Shown here one piece after another: positions 1 through 11,762 of a DNA stretch of 64,000 nucleotides. The DNA is from Octopus sinensis. Its lineage: Eukaryota. The notes under the pieces were generated by a model that searched no databases, was not told the origin of the DNA, and saw nothing but the letters and a program-made list of their open reading frames with translations. The translations under genes and the position numbers were made by a program. Location of the stretch: the NCBI RefSeq assembly GCF_006345805.1, contig NC_043005.1, positions 35,154,001 to 35,218,000 on the forward strand. Direction: 5' to 3'. Positions within the stretch are counted from its first letter, which is position 1. Every line of letters starts with the position of its first letter.

Positions 1-136
1 GTAGGTGTCTTCTACAATAGCCCCGAGTCGACCGAAGCTTTGTGAATGAATTTGGTAGGCGGAAGTTACTGTGTGTATGTGTGCGTATAGCTGCTCAGTG
101 CCTCTCCGAAAGAGGGAGAGAGGGTATATATATATA

Positions 137-175
<39 letters not shown>

Positions 176-263
176 TATATGTATGTATATATATATATGT
201 AACTATATATATTATATATATATATATATATATGTACATATATGTTTATATGTATGTATATAT

Positions 264-1976
264 GAGGCAAGTGAAAATAAATCAAATCAAATCAAATCAA
301 AATAGATGAACATCAATGGAATTTGTATCCTTGTGGTACCAGTGCCAGTGGCACACAATAATCCATCCGAACGTGGCCGTAGTCAGTACCGCTTGTGGTA
401 CCAGTCCGGTGGCACACAAGAATCCATCCGAACGTGGCCGTAGTCAGTACCGCTTGTGGTACCAGTGCCGGTGGCACACAAGAATCCATCCGAACGTGGC
501 CGTAGTCAGTACCGCATCACTGGCCATCCGATCGTGGCCGTTCGCCAGCCTCATCTAGCACCTGTGTCGGTGGCACATAAAAACACCATCGAAGACCCGG
601 CAAGACTAGTCAGGCCATACCCATGGCCCCTACCTGGGACGTAGTCAGTCCACCTGTGCATACCTCCTTCTTGTGACACTTGTGAAGACCTGTTGAGGCA
701 AGTGAAAATCAAATCAAAACAAATCAAAATAGATGAACATCAATGGAATCTGTATCTTTGTGGTACCAGTGCCGGAGGCACACATGAGAACCATCCGAAC
801 GTGGCTGTAGCCAGTTCCGCATCGACGGCCTCCGTGCTGTGGGCACGTAACAAAACCATCCGATCATGGCCGTTCGCCAGCCTCATCTGGCACCTGTGTC
901 GGTGGCACATAAAAAAAACACTTTCCGAAGACCCGGCAAGACTAGTCAGTCCACCTGTGCATACCTTCCTTCCTTCTTGTGACACTTGTGAAGACCGGTT
1001 GAGGCAAGTGAAAATCAAATCAAATCAAATCAAAATAGACAAAATAGATGAACATCAATGGAATTTGTATCTTGTGGTACCAGTGACTGTGGCACACAAG
1101 AAATCCATCAGTGCCGTAGTCAGTGCGGTGGGCACATGACAAACACCATCCGATCGTGGCCGTTCGCCAGCCTCATCTAGCACCTGTGTCGGTGGCACAT
1201 AAAAACACCATCCGAAGACCCGGCAAGACTAGTCAGGCCATAACCCATGGCCCCTACCTGGACGTAGTCAGTCCACCTGGCATACCTTCCTTCTTGTGAC
1301 ACTTGTGAAGACCTGTTGAGGCAAGTGAAAATCAAATCAAAACAAATCAAAATATTATAATGAAATCAATGGAATTTGTATCTTTGTGGTACCAGTGCCG
1401 GTGGCACGTGGCACATAAGAAAACCATCCGAACGTGGCCGTAGCCAGTACCGCATCGACTGGCCTCCGTGCTGGGGCACGTAACAAGCACCATCCGATCG
1501 TGGCCGTTTGCCAGCCTCATCTGGCACCTGTGTCGGTGGCACATAAAAACACCATCCGAGCGTGGCCGTCTGCCAGCCTCGTCTGGCACCTGTGTCGGTG
1601 GCACATAAAAACACCATCCGAGCGTGGCCGTCTGCTAGCCTCGTCTGGCACCTGTGTCGGTGGCACATAAAAACACCATCCGAGCGTGGCCGTCTGCCAG
1701 CCTCGTCTGGCACCTGTGTCGGTGGCACATAAAAAAAACACATCCGAGCGTGGCCGTTTGTCAGCCTCGTCTGGCACCTGTGTCGGTGGCACATAAAATC
1801 ACCCACTACACTCTCGGAGTGGTTGGCGTTAGGAAGGGCATCCAGCTGTAGAAACACTGCCAGATCTGACTGGACTGGTGCAGCTTTCGGGCTCCCCAGA
1901 CCCCAGTTGAACCGTCCAACCCATGCTAGCATGGAAAGCGGACGTTAAATGATGATGATGATGATGATGATGATGA
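264..1976 (+). mobile_element. Head-to-tail array of an ATG-tailed retroposon (family F; putative LINE-derived tail) with internal ~60-bp VNTRs
   Basis: The unit start GAGGCAAGTGAAAAT recurs at 264, 695, 1001 and 1318. ~60-bp subrepeats lie at ~361-520 and ~1490-1795. The array ends in the tail GGAAGGGCATCCAGC...CATGGAAAGCGGACGTTAA(ATG)n, which recurs elsewhere in the window. Confidence 0.75.
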
Positions 1977-1993
1977 TATATGTACATATATGC

Positions 1994-2030
<37 letters not shown>

Positions 2031-2032
<2 letters not shown>

Positions 2033-2410
2033 AGGCGCAATGGCCCAGTGGTTAGGGCAGCGGACTCGCGGTCATAGGATCGCGGTTTTGATTCCCAGAC
2101 CGGGCGTTGTGAGTGTTTATTGAGCGAAAACACCTAAAAGCTCCACGAGTCTCCAGCAGGGATGGTGGTGATCCCTGCTGTACTCTTTCACCACAACTTT
2201 CTCTCACTCTCACTTCCTGTTTCTGTTGTACCTGTATTTCAAAGAGCCGGCCTTGTCACTCTCTGTGTCACGCTGAATATCCCCGAGAACTACGTTAAGG
2301 GTACACGTGTCTGGAGTGCTCAGCCACTTACACGTTAACTTCATGAGCAGGCTGTTCCGTTGATTCGGATCAACCGGACCCTCATCGTCATAACCGACGG
2401 AGTGCTTCCA
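2031..2410 (+). mobile_element. tRNA-derived SINE, family B
   Basis: A box TGGCCCAGTGG (2041-2051) and B box GGTTTTGATTCCC (2084-2096). Same head as the copy at 25531-25819. Flanked by (TA)n. Confidence 0.85.
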
Positions 2411-2438
2411 TATATATATATATGTATATGTACATATA

Positions 2439-2502
<64 letters not shown>

Positions 2503-2589
2503 AACACACGCACATATATATACATATGCATATATATATATATATATTTATATATATAAACATATATACATGTATATATATTTATATTC

Positions 2590-2971
2590 TTTTATTCTTT
2601 CTTTCATTCTTATCAGTCATTTGACTGCGGCCATGATCACCACCTTTCGTCAAACAAATCAGCCCAGGACTTATTCTTTGTACGAGTAATACTTATTCTA
2701 TCGGTCTCTTTTGCCAAACCACTAAGTCACATGGACATAAATGCACCACCATCAGTTGTCAAGTGATGGTGGGAGTAGAAGTATAGTCATACAAACAAAC
2801 ATATACATATGTATATATACGGACTTCTTTCAATTTCTGCCTAGCAAGTTCCCTCACAAGACTTTGGTCATCCTGAGGCTACAGTAGAAGATACTTGCCC
2901 AAGTTGCCATGCAGTAGGGCTGAACTAGAACGATGTGCTTTGGAAGCAAGCTTCTTACCACACAGCCATGC

Positions 2972-2972
<1 letters not shown>
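2590..2972 (-). mobile_element. tRNA-derived SINE, family A (most abundant family in the window)
   Basis: The reverse complement starts GCATGGCTGTGTGGTAAGAAGCTTGC and matches the 40963-41372 copy along its length. Confidence 0.8.
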
Positions 2973-3011
<39 letters not shown>

Positions 3012-3046
3012 TATATATATACACATATATATACATTTGTTTTTCC

Positions 3047-3508
3047 CTAAATTCCAGACCAAGGACTGCAGATATGCTGGGGCACTGCCAGTAACTTTGC
3101 TACACTTCCACTAAACCTCCTATGATATGTGACATTTGATGGACGAGGGTGTTTGATGTTGCTGTCGTCATGTGTTTCTTGCAGGTCTCTCAGGCTTTGT
3201 GGGAGGATATTGAAGAGCAGTGGGCCTTTGAAGCCCAGTCTGTTGCAGTATCTGGTCCTGCATCCTGATAGTAATGTTGGGACCTTTGGTACAATGCAGT
3301 TGCACCCTATCCTGCTGTTTGTGTAAGCGACAATGCAAAAGTTTGGAACATGCTTTTCTAGGATTTTCAAGATGTATATTATTGCATATCTTTCCCATCT
3401 TTGCTCTAAGTAGCAGAGTCTTAACTCTTTCTTTCTCTCCCAGTAGCTGATATTTTGCATTGTATCAATCTTCCTTGTGTAGCTTTGCAGTACTGCCTCA
3501 AGTTCCAT
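3047..3508 (-). pseudogene. CR1/L2-group LINE ORF2 C-terminal remnant
   Basis: Translation gives YWERKKELRL..LEQRWERYAIIYILKILE and GFKGPLLFNILP, typical post-RT motifs of CR1-group ORF2. No RT core is present. Confidence 0.75.
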
Positions 3509-3602
3509 TGTTAATTTTACACTGCCTGGTAACCACAGGTGGGAGCAATAATCCAGACAGCTGATAATGAAAGTCTTTCATAGGAGGACTTACATATATA
3601 TG

Positions 3603-3767
3603 AAAATTCAACAAAACCTGTTACTCTGAGTTTCACATTCCCGTTCGTGAAACTCAGAGTAACAAGTTTTGTTGAATTTTCTGCTGCTTTAAATAAAGCA
3701 TATTACTCTACCACTGGTATTTGAGTACTCTTTTTTCCACCTTGTTTCACATTTATGTGTTTACTCT

Positions 3768-3775
<8 letters not shown>
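3603..3775. mobile_element. Penelope-like remnant with a 34-bp fold-back
   Basis: Arms 3603-3636 and 3647-3680 are inverted copies with 1 mismatch, around the loop ATTCCCGTTC. The sequence is homologous to the hammerhead at 56845-56925. Confidence 0.65.
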
Positions 3776-3830
<55 letters not shown>

Positions 3831-3948
3831 ATATATAAATAAACATATATAAATAATACATACACACACACACACACATATATATAAAAGAAGAAAAAGA
3901 AAATGGAGATTAGGAATTGCTTATTATTAACAGCAAATTAATCATCAT

Positions 3949-4021
3949 CCCTTACAGCTGTTTCAATTATTATTAAGTAAATATTAAATTTATATAACCT
4001 GAACATAATATCTTCAGAGGG
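3949..4021 (-). ncRNA. Minimal type I hammerhead ribozyme (PLE-type), core intact
   Basis: The minus strand reads CCCU-CUGAAGA-[AU-rich stem II]-GAAAC-AGCU-GUA/AGGG: stem I CCCU/AGGG, palindromic stem III ACAGCUGU, GUA cleavage triplet. Confidence 0.6.
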
Positions 4022-4044
4022 TAAAAGATATACCTTCGAATGTG

Positions 4045-4131
4045 TTTATGGTTTCCTTATAGCAGACTGAATGATACGGTTTATATAATTATAGTTTATA
4101 CAATAATAGTCTGCTATAATGAATCCATAAA
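4045..4131. repeat. 24-bp inverted repeat (mini-MITE or fold-back remnant)
   Basis: TTTATGGTTTCCTTATAGCAGACT (4045-4068) pairs with AGTCTGCTATAATGAATCCATAAA (4108-4131), 2 mismatches. Confidence 0.6.
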
Positions 4132-5066
4132 AACAAATTTGTTATTTAATTAATATTAACTTCCCAGTCTCCATTTTCTTTTTCTTCTTTTATAGGAATA
4201 TAAACTATATATTTTTATATATATATATACCTAATATTTTAAGGAAAGGAATTCCCCCAAATTACTAGGCATTGAACCAATATTTCCTTGGATAACCTCT
4301 AATTGAAGTATATATATATATATATACACATGTATATATATAAATACATATATATATATACATACATGTGTATATGTATATATATATAAAATATATGTAT
4401 ACATACATGTATATATATATATGATCTTTTTAGTCTTTCATTTTTCTCTCTCTTATTCTTTTACCTCCTCTCCTCTTCTCCCACTATTCTATCTTATTAC
4501 TCTGTCACTCTCTCTCTCCCTCACTCCTCCTCCCTTGCTCACGTGGATCCACGTGACCATCGGCCATCTTTCTTTCTTTCTTTCTTTCTTTTCTTTGTAG
4601 CTGGAACAAGGAAGATGTTGTTCTTGTTTATCTCCTGTCCTAGCTTGATTTACACGTTTGCCATCACAACCTCATTTAGGCATAGCAGCCCTTCCTGTTT
4701 GTTTTCACTGTCCTGTTTGTGTTACCAATTTTGACCCTCCTCAACCTCAAAATCCCAAATTTTATTTAATTTGGTTTGCAGGAGCAACTGTTTTATTGAA
4801 AGCGTGTATTATTGTTAATGCTCGAAATACGAGACTAGAAAAATAGCCAACAACTGAGGAAGGGTCATTCTTTATGTTGTTTATTTTCTTTTCCATTTGT
4901 GTCTTCCGTTGTTCGAAAGAATAGTTCATGTTCCATGTACTCATGCTTTGTATTTTTTTTGTACAAAATTCGTGACGTCCTGTACACACATATGCATATA
5001 TATATACATATAGATGTAAGTATGTACATATATGTATGTATATATGCAAATATATATATATATATA

Positions 5067-5209
5067 TTGGCGTTAGGAAGGGCATCCAGCCATAGCAACA
5101 CTGCCAGATCAGACTGGGCCTGATGCAGCCTTCTGGCTTCATAGACCCCAGTTGAACCCTCCAACCCATGCTAGCATGGAAAGCGGATGCTAAATGATGA
5201 TGATGATGA
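5067..5209 (+). mobile_element. Family F 3' tail, 5'-truncated
   Basis: TTGGCGTTAGGAAGGGCATCCAGC...CATGGAAAGCGGATGCTAA(ATG)n, matching 1820-1976. Confidence 0.8.
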
Positions 5210-5283
5210 TATATATATAATATATATATATATACATATATATATAATATATATATACAAATATATATAATATATATATATAC

Positions 5284-5322
<39 letters not shown>

Positions 5323-5389
5323 TATATATACACACATATATATATAATATATATATATACATATATGTTTATAGTATATATATATATAA

Positions 5390-5437
<48 letters not shown>

Positions 5438-5450
5438 TGTTTATAGTATA

Positions 5451-5837
5451 TCTCTCTCTATATAAACGGCAGTTTGTCTGTGCGTGTTTCTGTGTGTCTG
5501 TTTTCTCGTACCCTCACCCTGACCACGGCTTTCAACCGATTCTGATGAAACTTGACACACACATAGCCCAATGTCATAATTCAAAACTAACGCAGCGAAA
5601 ATTTTGAAAAGTTCCCCCAGTTCTGAAAAAAATCGATAAATTCGACATGGGGTCGAGAATAAAAAAAAACAAACCACAGACTGTCTAGGGGACGCAACTC
5701 AACCTTTTTTTACTCTCAAAAAAAAATTTACCATCGTTTTTTTTCCATTTTTTTGCTATTTTTTGGCTATAACTCTCTAAAAATGCTTTATAGTTATTTC
5801 CCTTACAAACCTGAGCAACGCCGGGCGATACTGCTAG
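5451..5837 (+). mobile_element. Non-autonomous Helitron (family H1a)
   Basis: 5' TC, 3' GAGCAACGCCGGGCGATACTG-CTAG, inserted between A and T. A second copy lies at 61028-61407. Confidence 0.8.
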
Positions 5838-5860
5838 TATATATATAAATACATATATGT

Positions 5861-5894
<34 letters not shown>

Positions 5895-5924
5895 TTATAT
5901 AAATACACACACCTACACACACAG

Positions 5925-5969
<45 letters not shown>

Positions 5970-6299
5970 GATGTATATACACACCTGCTTGTTGTTCCTA
6001 CACCTTTTTTTGTGTTTTGTTTTCTGTAAATTTAACTGTATACATATATACATAAACATACAATTACACACACACACACGTACACATACACAGACAGACA
6101 CACACACACATTTACATATTAGTATGTGTGTGTGCGCATGTGTATTTAGAGCAGTTTAAAAAAGACTGGATTTTGTTGTCCCATGTTATGTTCCTGTTGA
6201 GTCCCATAACATAATAATCTGACAATTAATTCTAAGCCAAAAAGAGAAACTGAAACAAGAAATGGGTGTTGTAATGGTCATGGCTGTGACCTACTCACA

Positions 6300-6816
6300 T
6301 CTATATATATAAAACTGTAGTTGTGTGAGTGTCTGTCTCCTACGATTTAGATTCCTAACTCCTCCCACATTTTGCAGTGCAGTTTAACCAAATTCGGGTA
6401 TCTTATAGTCGTGATTAATATCGAGCCCGTCTAGCTATTAGCGCATGTCTACGATGAGTCTACGATTTAAAAAATAATTTAACATCATTTTTTATTCCAT
6501 TTTAATGCATAATTTTTCGTGTGTCGATGGCGGCGGAGTTGGCGTCCACGCTCAAACACCTGCACCTGTGTTTGCTTCTCCCCCTTCTTCCCTCCCTCGT
6601 GAAGCTGTGGGGAAGGGAGTTTAAGGAAATCAACGTCGTAATGCGTTGTCAAGGAGACCAGCGTTCTTTTAGAACAACGACTTCATGGCTTGAAGACACC
6701 AAAACAGAAATGGCTAAGAAAGCCCGAATTGGCATCTATAAGGGAAGTAACTCTCTAAAAATGCTTATATAGTCATTTCCCTTACAAACCCGAGCAACGC
6801 TGGGCGATACTGCTAG
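6300..6816 (+). mobile_element. Non-autonomous Helitron (family H1b)
   Basis: A|TCTATATATATAAAA start, subterminal hairpin CCCGAGCAACGCTGGG, CTAG|T end. The last ~70 bp are shared with 5451-5837; the interior differs. Confidence 0.85.
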
Positions 6817-7775
6817 TATGAATATAATTTATGAAGCAGACTTAAAGAGCCACTGTTGGAAACATAATTCTTTGAATAGTCAGTGAGGGTCTTTCTCGGA
6901 TGGGAATGGACAACCTACACTCACACACACACACCACACACACACACACACACACATGCACACACACACCAGACATAAAAATGTCAAACAATGAACAAGC
7001 TATCATGAAAATTTATATGAGAAGTTAACAATTGATGTATGTATTTTTTTTTTGTCTAGCAGCAAGTAGGAGAGCCAGTATTAATAGCATTTGTCTTACA
7101 GGTGGTAGTGGTGGTTGGGGTACTAGTGATTATGGTGGTGGTGGTGGTGGTTGTAGTGGTGATGGGTTGGTTGTGGAGGTGATAGTAGTATTGGTTGTAA
7201 AGGTGATAGTGGTGATTGTAGTGGTGGTGGTGGTTGTAATGGAGAGGAAATGGTGATTGTCATTACAGTTAGACAGACTTAATAATAGAAGATCATTAAT
7301 ACTAAATATCGTGTTTTGAGAAGGCAGCAAAATACCTTGACTCTGATTGGATAAAGTAAATCAACTTTCAACCAATCTGGATTTTATTAGAACACACACA
7401 CACACACACACTCACAACCTTAAACATTTCTAGATTCTCTCTTTCAGGATGACCCACAGTAAAAACTCAGAGAAAGAATAAAGAATAAATGACAAAAAGC
7501 AAGGGTAGCGGGAGATTGTATTAAGTATATTAGGCACAGATGTAGCTGTGTGGTTAAGAACTTTCCTTTCCAACCACATGGTTTTGGGTTTCGTCCCACT
7601 GTATGAAAATTTGGCATCTTCAATTATAACCCCAAGTCAACCAATGTCATGTGACTAGATTTATGAAATGGAAACTGAAAAGAAGTCTGTTGTGTGTTGT
7701 ATGTATGCATGTATGCATGCATGTATGTACGCATGCATATATGTATGTATGTACATATGTATGTATATCTATCTA

Positions 7776-7817
<42 letters not shown>

Positions 7818-7827
7818 ATGTATATTA

Positions 7828-8165
7828 AGAGACCCCCTTTGGTCAGACACTGGCAATGGGCTTGCACCTAGAAAGTTACCCTCAGAGGCACAAGTCCGGG
7901 TGAGGTTGTTTATGGAAGACCAGCAGTCGCCCATGCATACCAGCCTCCCCTCTCCATGCCACAAGTGTTATCCAAGGGTAAGGTATATGCCGATACAGCT
8001 TGGCACCTGTGACATCGCAACTCATTTCTACAGCTGAGTGAACTGGAGCAACGTGAAATAAAGTGTCTTGCTCAAGAACACAACATGCAGCCCGGTCCGG
8101 GATTCGAGCTCACAACCTCACGATCGTAAGCTCAACGCTCTAACCACTGAGCCATGTGCCTTCAC
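7828..8165 (-). mobile_element. tRNA-derived SINE, family C
   Basis: Minus-strand head GGCACATGGCTCAGTGG...GCTCGAATCCC, followed by TTCTTGAGCAAGACACTT. Near-identical copy at 34537-34870. Confidence 0.85.
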
Positions 8166-8170
8166 ATATA

Positions 8171-8215
<45 letters not shown>

Positions 8216-9309
8216 TATAATGTATATGTATTCATGTACGGCTATTCTAGGAACAGTTGTAAGAGACTCTATATGTCTATATTTTCAGTCTAAAGTAAAC
8301 GTTTTCATTTTCAAGAGATACCAAATGTTTTGCATTTTCACTTTTATTTTAATCCATATGTATGTACGTGTGTGTGTGTGTGTATGTGTGTGTGTGTGCG
8401 TGCACATGTGAGACAGTGTATGTCTGAGTTGCCTTATCTTGACATAGTTGTAAATGAATGTCACTGTCATACAAGCAGTGTCATATATTTCCAATATTCT
8501 GTGGAAACACATCAAGCCATATAGAAGAAATGCCATCTTACTTGGAAACAAGTGGGGGTTGGTGACAAGAAGGGCATCAAAACATAAAATATCTGCCTCA
8601 ATAAACCTTGCCCTGACCCATGCAAGAATAGGTAAGTTGATGTTCAATTGACAATGATGATTAAGCTACGAGTGTATATCTATCTGTTTTCTGAATCACC
8701 AAATACTTTACTTTTACAATAACAACACCTAAACATCCACTTTTAATTGCTTCAACTGATCTGAAAAGTTTTTGCCTGTTTTTCTTTAAGTAATCGGTAA
8801 AACTAATTACAGGTATTTTCAGACTTGCCACTCACAAGACAGGATACTGCTGCTAACATTTGAATGCTTGTTTTCTATTTTAAGTGTATATTTTATTTTG
8901 GTTGTATTTTAATTATTTTACTTTGTATTTTTATTTACTTTTTGTTCTGTATCAGTCAATCCGTCCACTAGAATGGTATTTCAAAAACTCCCTCCCTTCT
9001 CTGTATTCTTCCGTTTTTTACCCTTCCACCTGCCTATCAGTAGTTGATAATACATGTTGATTGTGAGAGAGAATGAAATAAGCACAAAATCTCTAAAATG
9101 GCATTTTAATCCCCCGTTTATCTGACAATTACCATTCCTTAGTATATTGACTTCATACATTATGATAGATGCAAGAATGAAGTTTTAGGTTGTCCCACAG
9201 TATGGCACCTTGGGTAACTGCCTTCTACTCTAACTCCAGACTGACCAAAGTTTTGTGAGTGGTTTTGATAGAGGGAAACTGAAAGTTTGTCATTTGTGTA
9301 TATGTATAT

Positions 9310-9665
9310 ATATCTTTTACCCGTTTCAGTCATTACACTGTGGCCATGCTGGAGCACTGCCTTGAAGAATTTTAATCAAATGAATCAACACCAGTATTCT
9401 TATTCTATCAGTCTCTTTTGCTGAACCACTAAGTTATGAGGATGTAAATACACCAACAAGTGGTTGTCAAGTGATGGTGAGGGACAAACACATACACACG
9501 ACAGGTTTCTGTTAGTTTCTGTCTACCAAATCCACTCACAAAGCTTTGGTCAGCCCAAGACTGTAGCAGAAGACACTTGCCCAAGGTGCCAAGCAATGGG
9601 TGTGAACCCAGAACCATGTGGTTAGAAATCAAACTTCTTACCACACAGCCACACCTGCACCTGTA
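9310..9665 (-). mobile_element. SINE family A
   Basis: Matches the reverse complement of 40963-41372 from head to tail. Confidence 0.75.
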
Positions 9666-9695
9666 TATAGGGCTGAAACATATAAAGGAATAAAA

Positions 9696-9760
<65 letters not shown>

Positions 9761-10924
9761 TACATGTATACACACACATGAATATATTTGTATGAATATA
9801 TTTGTAAAGACATTCTTATAAAGTAGAAACATGGCTGTGGATACATCATTCAATATACATAGACATGAGATATTTAAATTAACCTGTGACTTTTAGATGA
9901 GAGAGCCTCTACCTGGTCATATGACTTGCTAAAAGTAGTGGCCAAATCTCCCTCATATCGTGTCCTATTCTCTTAGCCACAGGACAATGGTTGATGATAT
10001 TGGCTACCAGGGTTTGTTGTACACATTAAAAAAAGTGTGATCTCTATCGCTGGAAAGGCTAACCATTGACTTACTTGAGCAGGCCTGACCTAAGGTTAAA
10101 CAACAAGTCTGTGATGTCATAACAATTTCACAGGCATTCTGGAACAATAAACCTCCATATTCTGAATTGTTCTCTTGGGATTAACAGAACAAAGAATACC
10201 ACCCATGCCCAGAGTTTTAGATAAAAATCAAAACTACAGATTTAGTTCCTTGTTTATTCAAAGTATTATAATGGTTCGGTCAAAGGCACAAACTACAATC
10301 AAAACAGCCCACATAGCTGTCACCACACATACACACTTTGTTGATACAGACAGCTCCACCTTAGACTCAATTATATACTTGAACCTCAATGTTCCATGTA
10401 GTCAGGTTTACATAGTCATATATATATATATAATATATATATATATAAAATACATATGACTAACAAGCACACAACAAGGCATATAGATATTGGTCATTAT
10501 ATATTTCTTTATTGCAGTAAATTTGACTTACATCTGTTTCCAGTAGTCATTATAGGTTCATTATTGATTGGGTTACTCAACTGGTCTACTGATCAGTTGA
10601 GAAAAATTGAAAGACCATGAGAATTAATGCTACTTTCATCAGTCATTTCTGGTTTTATATATATATATATGAATCATAAAACTCAGGAGGCACAACAGGT
10701 GAATATATTTATTTAACAGCATGTCATCCTTAGAGTTATGATTGTTTTGCACTCTTCATTGTGTAATAATAATATCAGTGTCTAATAAATTATTTTACAT
10801 ATCTTCACTAATATGTATGTTAAGCATTGTATATTTACAAATCAGTGCAGGTAAAGAAAGCTAGCTCATCAGATCACCAGAATGTAATGGTGACACCAAA
10901 GCTTAAATTGTATATGTAAAGGGT

Positions 10925-11248
10925 AAAGATCTCCTTTGGTCATGAATGACCATGGGATTGCACCTAGAAAGTTCTCCTCTAAGGCATACATCCGGGCAAG
11001 GTTATTTATAGAAGATCAGTAGTTGTCCATGCATACCAGCCTCCTGTCTCCACAGATGAAGGGAAAGGCAACAACTGAGGCAGTGCTTGGCCCCAGTAAC
11101 ATCACAACCCATTTCTACAGATGAATGAACTGGAGTAATGTGCAATAAATTGTCTTGCTTAAAAACACAACACAGAAGCCTGGTCTGAGAATCGAACTCA
11201 CTACCTCCTGATTGTAAGCCTAACACTTTAACCACTGAGCCATGTGCC
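10925..11248 (-). mobile_element. SINE family C, diverged copy
   Basis: Colinear similarity to 7828-8165. Confidence 0.7.
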
Positions 11249-11722
11249 ATGTACATCCATTACACTCTTGGAGTGGTTGGTGTTAGGAAGGGCATCCAGC
11301 CATAGAAACCATGCCAAATCAGACTGGAACTTGGTGCAGCTCTCTGGCTTACCAGTTTCAGTCAAACTGTCTCACCCATGCCAGCATGGAAAGCAGATGC
11401 TAATCGATAGTGATGATGATGATAATATATACACATTCATACATAGGCACAAATGCAGATATACACATACATATGCAAATATATTCACACACACTCATAT
11501 ACACATATATATATATATGCAGAAGCTGGTGCAGTGATGTTTCTATCCCAAGTCATTATCAAGTGCCATTTGATGATGGACAAAGATCAAAATGATTCTT
11601 GTCCCAGCTTTAAAATGAAATAATATAAAATTCTACAATTGTATCATGTAGTTAGATTCGAAAATAGTCACTTCAAATGAATCAAGTACAACAGAGATAT
11701 TATATACATACACACACACACA

Positions 11723-11754
<32 letters not shown>

Positions 11755-11762
<8 letters not shown>

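Noticed and set aside
1490-1795. ~61-bp tandem units as a CRISPR array, or as HDV-like ribozymes (CCAGCC-UCGUCU-GGC resembles P2/P3/L3)
   Set aside because: There are no unique spacers or cas genes and the context is eukaryotic. I could find no P1 partner strand or catalytic J4/2, and a simple GCCAG/CTGGC hairpin explains the motif.
2031-2100. tRNA gene
   Set aside because: A and B boxes are present, but there is no acceptor-stem closure and the sequence runs into a repeated SINE body. The same applies to the other SINE heads.
4854-4918. CTGAGGA...CGAAAG as an intact hammerhead
   Set aside because: Stem II pairing is weak and I could not draw stem III with a UH site. It is kept only as a possible decayed remnant.
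8690-8832. Minus-strand open stretch SLKIPVISFTDYLKKNRQKLFRSVEAIKSGCLGVVIVK as a host exon
   Set aside because: The splice acceptor is weak and I recognise no homology. It needs tBLASTn or RNA-seq and is not supportable as it stands.
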